Part shown: positions 17,643 to 26,014 of the stretch, piece by piece
Layout: the number at the start of each line of letters is the position of its first letter
Numbering within the stretch: the stretch's first letter is position 1
Source of the DNA: a virus
Lineage: Duplodnaviria > Caudoviricetes
IMG/VR virus record: IMGVR_UViG_3300037863_000030
Location: 1 to 31,524 of that record
Strand: one strand, 5' to 3'
DNA length: 31,524 nt
Position numbers and translations under genes: made by a program
Notes under the pieces: model-generated
What the model saw: the letters and a program-made list of their open reading frames with translations, nothing else
What the model was told of the DNA's origin: nothing
Databases searched by the model: none

Positions 17643-17678
17643 CAAAACAACAAAGCCCACCTCCGAAGAGATGGGCTT
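17643..17678 (-). terminator. Intrinsic terminator after the major tail gene
   Basis: RNA AAGCCCAUCUC-UUCG-GAGGUGGGCUU (11-bp stem with one G:U, C(UUCG)G tetraloop) followed by UGUUGUUUUG. Confidence 0.9.
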
Positions 17679-17696
17679 GTCGTATAATTTATTAAA

Positions 17697-18332
17697 TTAT
17701 GATACTGGTGCGAAGGTACGATCTACGATCTTACCGTATGAACCAGATATGTCCTCTGGAAGGAGACGGAATGATACTTCAAACATTGAAGCCTCATCAC
17801 GCTTTGCAGATACTGTAACATTTTCGATTGAAAGTGCACGGTATGCTGTGTATACACGCTCTACTGTTGCAGAGTTAGCGCAATCACCTGTACCTGGACC
17901 AATTGCAACGATACCACGCTCAACTGGGCATTCGCCAAGTTCTCCAGCAGAAAGGTTAAGAACCTGTCCTCCTGAAGTACTTTTTGTACCAGTAAGTTGG
18001 TCATCATTGAATGCTAAAGCAAGTAGAAGATTTTCTAGTGTTGCTTCAGCAAAAGCAGTTGCAAGGTTAACCTGCATGCCCTGCTTGTATAGTTTAGCAA
18101 CGTCAAGAATCTGGTCAACCTGAACTTCACCGAAGTCTGGTTGGAACTGCAGTTCAAGACCGTTCATAGTGTAACCTACGTTTGTGTAGGTAGCGTCATC
18201 AGATAGAGTTTCTCTAAATGATTCTGATCCTACGAATGATTCCAGTGTGCCTGGAAGTAATGTAGTATCTGCAACAAACATTGCTGCTGCTCCAACGATG
18301 ATGTTGGAAGACGAACCACGACTATATGCCAT
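17697..18332 (-). CDS. Major tail tube protein
   Basis: 211 aa. Siphovirus tube-like motifs NIIVGAA, VGYTMNGLELQFQPDFGEVQVDQ, FAEATLENL, FEVSFRLLP. GAGGTG RBS, own promoter and terminator. Confidence 0.85.
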   Translation of the reverse strand: MAYSRGSSSNIIVGAAAMFVADTTLLPGTLESFVGSESFRETLSDDATYTNVGYTMNGLELQFQPDFGEVQVDQILDVAKLYKQGMQVNLATAFAEATLENLLLALAFNDDQLTGTKSTSGGQVLNLSAGELGECPVERGIVAIGPGTGDCANSATVERVYTAYRALSIENVTVSAKRDEASMFEVSFRLLPEDISGSYGKIVDRTFAPVS

Positions 18333-18391
18333 ATTTTCACCTCTTTCTCAAGATAGATATTAAGTTGTTTGGCGTTTGTTTCCTCTGTATT

Positions 18392-18400
18392 ATTATAACA
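18392..18400 (-). promoter_or_regulatory. Extended -10 promoter TGTTATAAT
   Basis: Perfect TGnTATAAT in the gap upstream of the major tail gene. Confidence 0.75.
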
Positions 18401-18406
18401 GTGTTT

Positions 18407-18955
18407 TTAATTATATAGGGATTCAATGGGATCGTTGGCGTGGTAGCAATATTGAATAATAATCTTATTCTTGTATACCGTTCTTGCAGAGGCAAGTTCT
18501 AGAAGATCCCTACTTTCATCTATGTGGAAAACCCTTGTATAGTGGAAAGAGGCTGTAATCCTTGAATTGATGTTTTCTTGTGCCCACTGATTAATGTCTT
18601 GGGCTGACGCATCTTCACGATCTAAGGCTGCCTTAATAACTCTCATAGAATTGATTAACTTCGTCTGGTTTGTGGTGTATACATAATATACCAGTTGCTC
18701 TATTTTTTTAGGATAGAAAGGGGAAGTTCTTAGTCTTGCTAAAGTTTCATATTGAATAAATAATGGATCTTGTACGTTTGGGGCGTCGATATAATTTTTG
18801 TAAACTTCCTCAATATTTCCTGGGGAAGTAGGAAATATAGGTGTCATCTGACTAACTGTACTATCAGTAATCCCAAATAGGTCTAGTTGAGCCATAAGAT
18901 AACCATTTAAAATAGTTGGTGGAAAAGATGTCTCTTCATTAATATCTAAAGTCAT
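18407..18955 (-). CDS. Tail terminator / completion protein (positional)
   Basis: 182 aa immediately upstream of the major tail gene. TAGAAT (18962-18967) lies 6 nt before the ATG, suggesting a leaderless start. Confidence 0.5.
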   Translation of the reverse strand: MTLDINEETSFPPTILNGYLMAQLDLFGITDSTVSQMTPIFPTSPGNIEEVYKNYIDAPNVQDPLFIQYETLARLRTSPFYPKKIEQLVYYVYTTNQTKLINSMRVIKAALDREDASAQDINQWAQENINSRITASFHYTRVFHIDESRDLLELASARTVYKNKIIIQYCYHANDPIESLYN

Positions 18956-18959
18956 ATCC

Positions 18960-19637
18960 CTATTCTACACCAATCTTTGCATTAGCAATCCATTTAAAGC
19001 CTGCATTTAGTCCTGTCTTTCTTCCACCCCTAGACCCAGCAGAAAAGTTTCTCTTATAGGCTGTGGGGTTGCTTAGAGTGGCTAGCAAACCACTTGACCT
19101 TAAGAATGCCTGGGTAAAGTAAACACTAAAGAATTCATCAAATACTCTTTCATAAGATCCTTGCACTTCTTCTCCACCAGGATTTTCTACGGTTACTGAT
19201 TTCTTTGTGTATACCATTTCTCCATTATTTTCAAATGCAAGAACTCCACCACTGCGGGGATTAATAACTACTCGTCTTCCATCTTCCATAATACTTGCCT
19301 TTGATTTAAAAGGAACTCTAGCACCTTCTGCTAGACTATCTGACTGAGTAAGATTTGATTTAAAGGATAAGCCTACATTGCTTATTGTATAGGTTATGTT
19401 AAATAGTCTAGCCGCTGGTGATCCAGTTTGATACCACTCGTAAACGTGATGAAGGGCTTGTGGGTTTGACCTTGCTTCAATATCTATATAGTTTTGTAAT
19501 ACTGGAATTGTTGATTTTCCTATATTATCTAGCAAAGCCTTTTTGCCTAACTTGGCTCCATCAAGAAATCCAATAGAATACTCAACTATATTATTTAGTT
19601 GTTTTTGAAAAGCCTTTGCTTGAAATACGGCTTTCAT
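18960..19637 (-). CDS. Neck / tail-completion protein (positional)
   Basis: 225 aa, basic, AGGAGA RBS, TAATG coupling, third gene of the head-tail joining block. Confidence 0.5.
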   Translation of the reverse strand: MKAVFQAKAFQKQLNNIVEYSIGFLDGAKLGKKALLDNIGKSTIPVLQNYIDIEARSNPQALHHVYEWYQTGSPAARLFNITYTISNVGLSFKSNLTQSDSLAEGARVPFKSKASIMEDGRRVVINPRSGGVLAFENNGEMVYTKKSVTVENPGGEEVQGSYERVFDEFFSVYFTQAFLRSSGLLATLSNPTAYKRNFSAGSRGGRKTGLNAGFKWIANAKIGVE

Positions 19638-20089
19638 TAATCTCCTATAGTTTGGTTTTCAGTCTTACGCAATAACAGTTTAAAATACTCTACAGATCCA
19701 AATGGCCCAGTCAGTGGTTCTACTGTTCCTAATTCGTAAAATGTTGCTCTACCGCTTCTTGGTCCCGCAGTTTCTTTATAAATAATATTATCAGAAGCAG
19801 TTCTAATATTTGTAACTAAAACATTAGTCATAGCATTACTAGACTCGTTAGAAGATATTCTAATATCTTTTTTAACTCTACCCACAAGTTTATCCTCATA
19901 CTGTAAGAAGGCTGCTGGAGACATTTCTTCTTTTCCAAGACCACCAATGGGTGTTGCATTTAAAACAATAGTTCTATCAAAAACCCAGTTCTTGCTTGCT
20001 TGGCCATACTCAGTTTGAGTGATGATTGGATAATAAACATCTGCCCTCATTGGGTACACAAAGTCTGTGCAGTCTTCGCACTCTTGCAT
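19637..20089 (-). CDS. Head closure (stopper) protein (positional)
   Basis: 150 aa, beta-rich, with QTEYGQASKNW resembling the D-x-x-G-x(4)-W pattern of stoppers. Follows the adaptor. Confidence 0.5.
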   Translation of the reverse strand: MQECEDCTDFVYPMRADVYYPIITQTEYGQASKNWVFDRTIVLNATPIGGLGKEEMSPAAFLQYEDKLVGRVKKDIRISSNESSNAMTNVLVTNIRTASDNIIYKETAGPRSGRATFYELGTVEPLTGPFGSVEYFKLLLRKTENQTIGD

Positions 20090-21057
20090 TATAGTATTCC
20101 AAGGCGTATTGTATTATTTGTGTAACGGCTTAAAATTTTATCAACTAAAAGATTTCCTGTACCACCAAATTGCTTGGGATCAAAGTCAATCTTAAACTGA
20201 TCTGTTTCATAAACCTTTACATATCTCTTGTAATAATCTAGTTTGCCACAACGCATATCTTCAATAAGCATATTAGTTGCATTTTGAATATCGTATGGAA
20301 CTACCTTGTAGCCAGTCTCAACTTGGAAGATGTAGTCATAGCCTTCTGGGAATCCTACTCCAGTAGAAATGGTTTGTACATTTCCACTGTCTTCTGTATC
20401 AAACATACTGATTGAATCTGATGGGGCTACAGGAATTCTTGCATATTTTCTTTCAGCACGATTAATAGATCCTGTAGGTTGAACTGGATCCTTGGTGATT
20501 GCTGTCTTATCTTTTGTTATTAAATAATTAAATGATCCTATTGCTGGTTCCTCTAGTGATGAGTTATATACTAGTTCCGCATTTTCATATGCCTTCAAAA
20601 TTTTATGTGTTCTATTCCAAAGAGGAATATAATCTGTTCCCTGCCCAACGACCTCAATGTGGGTTTTATTAAAATAGAATCCGTCTGTTATAGAGTCGAT
20701 TATTGCTCTTGCAAGAAATTCATATTCTGTATATGATGCAATCTCTGTTGCTGTTGTTCCTAAAGTTTTTGGATTTACGTATGGTCTAGAAATATCTAAA
20801 TTATCTTCAACTACTGCATCATCTGAAAGAACACCTTCTTCTACTTCTTCATATATTGCTAAAGAATAAGAATTGTCATATTTTGAAAATGAAGATGGAA
20901 GTGTTAATGTTACTTTTGAAAGCGATGTAGATGCTATTGCTTCTTGTGAAATCTCTTGGTTTTCTACATCTTCAATAATAAACATATATGAAGTATTTGG
21001 CTCTGGAACTGTGTAAGTTACATTAATAGGATAGGGTGGAAGTCTAAGTATTAACAT
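20089..21057 (-). CDS. Head-tail adaptor with N-terminal beta extension
   Basis: 322 aa. Adaptor-like motifs ARAIIDSIT, ETGYKVVPYDIQNATNMLI and TGNLLVDKILSRY. Confidence 0.6.
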   Translation of the reverse strand: MLILRLPPYPINVTYTVPEPNTSYMFIIEDVENQEISQEAIASTSLSKVTLTLPSSFSKYDNSYSLAIYEEVEEGVLSDDAVVEDNLDISRPYVNPKTLGTTATEIASYTEYEFLARAIIDSITDGFYFNKTHIEVVGQGTDYIPLWNRTHKILKAYENAELVYNSSLEEPAIGSFNYLITKDKTAITKDPVQPTGSINRAERKYARIPVAPSDSISMFDTEDSGNVQTISTGVGFPEGYDYIFQVETGYKVVPYDIQNATNMLIEDMRCGKLDYYKRYVKVYETDQFKIDFDPKQFGGTGNLLVDKILSRYTNNTIRLGIL

Positions 21058-21392
21058 TATTTACCATAGTAACTGGCAACTTCTTCAGGTGTCGCTATGC
21101 GAACTGCCTTATGAGTTACCCATTTTTCTGCATCAGTTGAAGTGACAATATTGTATCCTGGGGTAAGAACTCCTACTCCAGTCCAGTGTAGGTTTCTTGT
21201 TGAGTGAACCGCTGTTTTATGAATAACTGCTTTTGTAATAACTTCCTCAACCTCTTCTCTTGGAATCCAACTAGCAATAACTTCTAAGATCTCTAGTTTT
21301 GTTTTAGATCCGTAGATGTCAATCTTGTTGGTCTTTGCATAAGACTTTAACTCAAATACTGTTTTATTTGCTAACTCTTCAATACTAGACAT
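21057..21392 (-). CDS. Small Rho-N/HeH-like domain protein
   Basis: 111 aa. LANKTVFELKSYAKTNKIDIYGSKTKLEILEVI fits the helix-extension-helix pattern common after capsid genes. AGGAGG RBS. Confidence 0.6.
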   Translation of the reverse strand: MSSIEELANKTVFELKSYAKTNKIDIYGSKTKLEILEVIASWIPREEVEEVITKAVIHKTAVHSTRNLHWTGVGVLTPGYNIVTSTDAEKWVTHKAVRIATPEEVASYYGK

Positions 21393-21407
21393 TTATCCTC
21401 CTAAGTC

Positions 21408-21416
21408 ATTATACCA
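21408..21416 (-). promoter_or_regulatory. Extended -10 promoter TGGTATAAT
   Basis: Perfect motif between the capsid terminator and the AGGAGG at 21397-21402. Confidence 0.75.
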
Positions 21417-21420
21417 GAAT

Positions 21421-21458
21421 GTGAAGAAGGGGAGCAGATTTTACTCTACTCCCCCTCT
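21421..21458 (-). terminator. Terminator / stabilising hairpin after the major capsid gene
   Basis: RNA GAGGGGGAGUAGA-GUAAAA-UCUGCUCCCCUUC (13-bp stem, two G:U pairs that only pair on the minus-strand RNA) with a weak U-tail. Confidence 0.75.
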
Positions 21459-21473
21459 AAAGTTGACTACTTA

Positions 21474-22616
21474 TTAGGATTCTGATGCTGCATCCGCATA
21501 AGCGACTGCATCAAGTTCTTCCCACTGTAAGCCAAAGCGCACGAATACTGTGTACTCGATTGTGTCTTTCTTAGCAACGTACTCACGATTTACTGTGATA
21601 TCACGTTGGAATCCCCATACACGGTTCTGAGGGAATGTCAAGTCGACATAACCTGCAGGGTAGTAAGGAACTTCCATTACATCAATGCCGAGTACGCGAG
21701 TTGTGCGTGCTAAACCGAATGTTTGATTAGCACCATCGAGGTATGACTGACGGTTTGCTTCTGTGCCTGGACCCTTGTTAACAAAGGCTTCTGCGATTGC
21801 ATCAGCAAGTGTACCGTTATTCTTAACGATTCCTTGGAATACATCTGTACCAGCATAGAACTTTAGACCAGCCTTTAGTGCACGATACTTACGTGGCAAA
21901 GCCAAGATAATATCCTGCATCTTTGATGTTGTCCATTCATTATCAGATACAGTCATGACTGCTTCGTGAGCGTCAGAGCCTGTTTTGACTTTATTTACAA
22001 AGCCATCCATAATTGAAAGGAAATTACCTGTTGAGTTATCGCCATTAATAGCAAGGTCCTCAATATCGTTAGCGAAAGCATTGGTCATCAAGCGAACTAG
22101 ATGATCCTCAAGTGCTCCACCTTCAATATTATCTTCAAGTGCTTCTGCTGAAACTTCCCAGTCTAGACGAATCTTCTTTGTAGTAAGTTCGACCTTAGAG
22201 AATGTTGCTCCAGCGTTTGTGTAATCTGGCTGTGCCTGAGCAGCAGCACGGATTACACGCTCTCCTACGTTAACTTTTTCAAGTTCCATAGTGTTAGCAC
22301 GCATTGTAACTTTACGACCGTCTTTGGCGAGAACTGTTGCATCCCACACATAGTCGATGAAGCGACGAGCCTGCTCTGGTGCTAGAATACCACCTGGGGT
22401 TCCAGTTGGATTTACAGCGTTTGCGCCAGCAGTAGTTCCGAAGTTCGCTGTGGCAATGTTACCAAGCGAAGCAGCGGGTGAAAGATTACCGTTAGCATCA
22501 GTAGTTGTTGCACTACCAATTGCTCCAGATGCTAAAGAACCATCGCCGTTGTGGGCGTGTGATTCAGTTGGTGCTCCAGGGTAATTCTTTACTATTTCTG
22601 TATTTTGTTCCGACAT
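21474..22616 (-). CDS. Major capsid protein (HK97 fold)
   Basis: 380 aa from ATG 22616 after AGGAGGTG (22623-22630). Motifs GGILAPEQARRFID, VELTTKKIRLDWEVSAEALEDNIEG, FANDIEDLAINGD. Downstream of the protease. Confidence 0.9.
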   Translation of the reverse strand: MSEQNTEIVKNYPGAPTESHAHNGDGSLASGAIGSATTTDANGNLSPAASLGNIATANFGTTAGANAVNPTGTPGGILAPEQARRFIDYVWDATVLAKDGRKVTMRANTMELEKVNVGERVIRAAAQAQPDYTNAGATFSKVELTTKKIRLDWEVSAEALEDNIEGGALEDHLVRLMTNAFANDIEDLAINGDNSTGNFLSIMDGFVNKVKTGSDAHEAVMTVSDNEWTTSKMQDIILALPRKYRALKAGLKFYAGTDVFQGIVKNNGTLADAIAEAFVNKGPGTEANRQSYLDGANQTFGLARTTRVLGIDVMEVPYYPAGYVDLTFPQNRVWGFQRDITVNREYVAKKDTIEYTVFVRFGLQWEELDAVAYADAASES

Positions 22617-22643
22617 ATTGTTCACCTCCTAGTGATTTATATC

Positions 22644-23213
22644 TTAATTTAACAGGTCGGTAGATGTGAGGAAACGACCGCCCCATAGGGATTTCTGAAC
22701 CCTTACAGGTTCAAACTGCACGATCTCGCCTAGATCGCCAGACTTGCGGAAAGCGGTGTCTGCAACTACGGCATCTACTCGCTTGCCAAACTCATTAAAG
22801 TTACCCTTGATATTATTAACCTCACCTGTTACATTATCAAGAGACTTTGTTACTGCTGATACCTGCTCATGAAGAGACTTAACGGTTGCAGCAAGATCGC
22901 CAAAGGCATTATTAAGAGAGTCTTTAATGTCTGCAATTGCTTTAGCAACTTCATCATTAATTGTTTCAACAACATCTGCTACTGTTTCTGTTGCATCTTC
23001 TGTCTTCTCTTCTTCTACCGCTGCATCTGCAACAGGAGAATCTGCACCACCATCAACTGCGTCTGCTACAGGTGCTTCTTCAGCAACTGGGGCTTCATCA
23101 TCAACTGCAGGTGCGTCTGTTACTACTGTAACTTCTTCAACTGCTGGCTGTGCCTCTGGAGCGGTCTTAACTTCTTCAACTTCAACAATTGTTGAATCTG
23201 TTGTATCTGTCAT
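22644..23213 (-). CDS. Nested in-frame scaffolding protein (internal start)
   Basis: AAGGAGGT at 23221-23228, 7 nt before the in-frame ATG at 23213 (MTDTTD...), at the protease/acidic-domain boundary. 189 aa. Confidence 0.75.
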   Translation of the reverse strand: MTDTTDSTIVEVEEVKTAPEAQPAVEEVTVVTDAPAVDDEAPVAEEAPVADAVDGGADSPVADAAVEEEKTEDATETVADVVETINDEVAKAIADIKDSLNNAFGDLAATVKSLHEQVSAVTKSLDNVTGEVNNIKGNFNEFGKRVDAVVADTAFRKSGDLGEIVQFEPVRVQKSLWGGRFLTSTDLLN

Positions 23214-23972
23214 TGGACTTACCTCCTTGGTAATCTTAGAAGTATTAATGCCTTTAGCACTATCAACTAAGAACTTTATCATATCTGCTTTTTCACTATC
23301 GTTTTTTTCAACGAATCCTATGTTCTGCATTTGCTTCTGTGTGGATGGGCTTACCTGTGATTCAGAATCTGAAACCATTACGAGGCCAGTCTCTGCATCC
23401 CAAAAAATATTCTCTGTCTCAACTTTTGAAAGCATGCCATCAATAACATTATGGCCATCTTGTTTTTCAATAGAAACAATATTAGCAAACTGATTTGCTG
23501 GGGAATCAACAAGAGATAACTCAAAAAGATCATATTCTTTAATAACACGAATAGACCTATTCATCTCTTCATTAAACGCATCATCCCAAGACTTGATATT
23601 TCCACCAATAGAAAAACCAGTGTATGTTCCGTCTAGAACCTTTTCCCATGCATTCTGTGCGCCCTTAGAAACATATGCTGAAACATATACTCCACTATAA
23701 AACTTTTTTGTGCTTGGATCAAAGTAGCGATCTTCCTTAAAGGATACAATCTTTCCTACTGCTGATGGCTGATGCATCTCTCGCAAGTTACCACGGAAAT
23801 TATTAAAAGCCTGAAGGCTTGCCTTGGTATCAACAATGTCATCCTGCTTGTCGATATTATCTAGAGTAGCAAAGCCAGAAACCATTCTGCGCTCAACATC
23901 TACCTTGCCAATGGGCATTGATAGACGTACGCTGTCGCCTGAAGTCGTCCAGTGTGCTTTATTGATTAACAT
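22644..23972 (-). CDS. Prohead (capsid maturation) protease fused to scaffold domain
   Basis: 442 aa. HK97/herpes-type protease motifs LREMHQ (His), TGFSIGG (Ser), ELSLVDSPAN. Acidic and coiled-coil C-terminal half. Confidence 0.88.
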   Translation of the reverse strand: MLINKAHWTTSGDSVRLSMPIGKVDVERRMVSGFATLDNIDKQDDIVDTKASLQAFNNFRGNLREMHQPSAVGKIVSFKEDRYFDPSTKKFYSGVYVSAYVSKGAQNAWEKVLDGTYTGFSIGGNIKSWDDAFNEEMNRSIRVIKEYDLFELSLVDSPANQFANIVSIEKQDGHNVIDGMLSKVETENIFWDAETGLVMVSDSESQVSPSTQKQMQNIGFVEKNDSEKADMIKFLVDSAKGINTSKITKEVSPMTDTTDSTIVEVEEVKTAPEAQPAVEEVTVVTDAPAVDDEAPVAEEAPVADAVDGGADSPVADAAVEEEKTEDATETVADVVETINDEVAKAIADIKDSLNNAFGDLAATVKSLHEQVSAVTKSLDNVTGEVNNIKGNFNEFGKRVDAVVADTAFRKSGDLGEIVQFEPVRVQKSLWGGRFLTSTDLLN

Positions 23973-23981
23973 ATCGTATCT

Positions 23982-23990
23982 ATTATACCA
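23982..23990 (-). promoter_or_regulatory. Extended -10 promoter TGGTATAAT (near-leaderless protease mRNA)
   Basis: Perfect motif 9 nt upstream of ATG 23972 with no SD in between. Confidence 0.75.
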
Positions 23991-24012
23991 AACATTTATG
24001 CAGGTTTCTCAC

Positions 24013-25608
24013 TTATTGAGACGCTCTGCCCTCACCTTGTGGATTTCTTCCACTAATCGTTGTTGTGCTATCAGATTGATTATTTGTTCTTTCTGTATCC
24101 CGTGCCCGATTACCAGAAGCGTTGGCAGTTGCATCTGCTGCTGCCCTTGCAGTTAACTCTAGTGGAACATCTCCACCTGCTCTTTGAGGCATATCAAGAA
24201 TTTCGCGTGCTTCATTAGGAAGCATAATCTGAGACTTGACATATTTCTCAAGGATTTGAGCCTGTGCAATTTCATCTGTAAGGGTTAGTTCATTAAACTT
24301 AAGTTCAAGAATATCGGTTTTTTCACGAATAATCTTGCTGACTACCTTTTCAAGGTGATGCTGTGCTGGACGAGCAACCTGCTCTTTAAAGGTACGATCT
24401 TGAGATAAAGCAGCAGCCAAACCAGAGTCTGTGCCACCTAACTTAGAGATAGGAACTTGATGGGCAATCAAAATATCATCACGATTTTGTTTGCGGTATT
24501 CTTTAAATGAACCATCTTGAACACCATTTTCAATTGGCTCCATCTTAAACTCAACCTTGTTTTGATCTGTGTCTCCAGGAAGTGGGATGTATAGAGTTCT
24601 ATGTGACTGAGACTTAAGTCCAGTCTGTAGGAATCTAAACATCTTGTCTTCTGAATCTCCTGAGAGTTGTGCTCCCTTAAGGGTAATAATATATCTTGGT
24701 ACCGCTTTATTTTCAAAGTAATCAATATTATATTGTGAGGCTAGTTGATCTCCAATAAGAGAAGGCATAGCAGCAACAATATCTGGAACTCCATAGAATG
24801 TATTCAAAGGTGAGTATTCTTTAATGTGAATAATCTCGTTTGGTCGTGGATCTGCTGTTATTGGGTTTTGATTCTTTGCCCCAAAGTTTCTAAAGTAGAC
24901 AACCTGCTGGCCAATGATCTGAAGGAATCCATCATGTAGTCTACGAACACGAACTGTAGTTGCAGGTATGTGTCCTAAATATCCTATTTGTCCATCTGTT
25001 GTTCTTCCAATTTCCATGAAGCCATTACCAGTTGCTTGTAAATCTGTATAAACCTTTTCCATTATTTTAGTAAATGAGTCATCATCATTAAGTTCCTCAA
25101 GCCAATCACGTATCTCAATCTTCATTCTTTCAATACGCTTACGAGCACGCATTACTTTATCTTGGTCTTCTGAATTCTCAAACCTTAAACTTGTACTATC
25201 TGTAATATCAAAGCGGTATCCAAGTCCAACAATATTTTCTACCTTAGCATCAATTGCAGCATGGTTAGCAAAAGATGTGTCATAAAAGTTAGCCAACTCA
25301 TACATGTTATAAGGTGGAGTAATTACATCAAATAGGCCATAGCCATTACGATAAACAGTTCCAGGATTAATTTGCTTTGATGCAGAGTCTGTTCCTGATG
25401 GCATTGCGTTTGCTGCATCTAGGTATGCTACATCCCCTACTGCTTTATTTATAAGTCTTCCAGTTCTTCTTTTAAAGTTTTGATTTATCCCGCCAAGATC
25501 TTTAAGTTCTTCCCAAGATTTATTAAAAGGGTCTTGTCCCTTAAAGACATCTTCCTCTTCTGGCTGTGTATTTAGGGATGCCCTAATATACTGAGTCTCT
25601 TCACTCAT
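24013..25608 (-). CDS. Portal protein (PBSX/HK97-like)
   Basis: ~531 aa from ATG 25608, overlapping the upstream gene end. Motifs DLQATGNGFMEI, NEIIHIKEYSPLNTFYGVPD, YFENKAVP, ILIAHQVP, PNEAREILDMP. Confidence 0.92.
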   Translation of the reverse strand: MSEETQYIRASLNTQPEEEDVFKGQDPFNKSWEELKDLGGINQNFKRRTGRLINKAVGDVAYLDAANAMPSGTDSASKQINPGTVYRNGYGLFDVITPPYNMYELANFYDTSFANHAAIDAKVENIVGLGYRFDITDSTSLRFENSEDQDKVMRARKRIERMKIEIRDWLEELNDDDSFTKIMEKVYTDLQATGNGFMEIGRTTDGQIGYLGHIPATTVRVRRLHDGFLQIIGQQVVYFRNFGAKNQNPITADPRPNEIIHIKEYSPLNTFYGVPDIVAAMPSLIGDQLASQYNIDYFENKAVPRYIITLKGAQLSGDSEDKMFRFLQTGLKSQSHRTLYIPLPGDTDQNKVEFKMEPIENGVQDGSFKEYRKQNRDDILIAHQVPISKLGGTDSGLAAALSQDRTFKEQVARPAQHHLEKVVSKIIREKTDILELKFNELTLTDEIAQAQILEKYVKSQIMLPNEAREILDMPQRAGGDVPLELTARAAADATANASGNRARDTERTNNQSDSTTTISGRNPQGEGRASQ

Positions 25609-25996
25609 CCATTGCATCCTTTCCATATTTGTTAACAGTCTGCTGTGCAGCGTGCCATGCTCCTAGGTCATTCATTGATGGAATCAAACCCTGTTGCATT
25701 CTATCTTTTTGTTCTGAATATTCTTCTTCTGTAATCCTTGTTAGTCCAGGAACAAATAGTGCTTCACCATCTCCTGGATCGCCAAAGTGCTTGGCTACTG
25801 TTTTTAGTTCAGCAATCTTTGAAATGTCACCACGCATTGACTCAATATTAAGAACAGAACCTTGTCCGTCTGTAAAATATTTACCATCTGCCTTTTTGTA
25901 TACGTATAGACCCCAGTCATAATGTTTATCAATAACCTTGCGTCTTACATTACTTACAATTGATTTACCAGTTTTTGGGCTAATTAATGAATCCAT
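25601..25996 (-). CDS. Hypothetical pre-portal protein
   Basis: 131 aa from ATG 25996 (the alternative ATG 26002 abuts the -10 box). Its stop overlaps the portal start. Confidence 0.7.
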   Translation of the reverse strand: MDSLISPKTGKSIVSNVRRKVIDKHYDWGLYVYKKADGKYFTDGQGSVLNIESMRGDISKIAELKTVAKHFGDPGDGEALFVPGLTRITEEEYSEQKDRMQQGLIPSMNDLGAWHAAQQTVNKYGKDAMDE

Positions 25997-26003
25997 AACC
26001 ATT

Positions 26004-26012
26004 AGTATACCA
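26004..26012 (-). promoter_or_regulatory. Extended -10 promoter TGGTATACT with leaderless start
   Basis: TGG-TAnnnT 7 nt upstream of ATG 25996, no SD. Confidence 0.65.
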
Positions 26013-26014
26013 TG

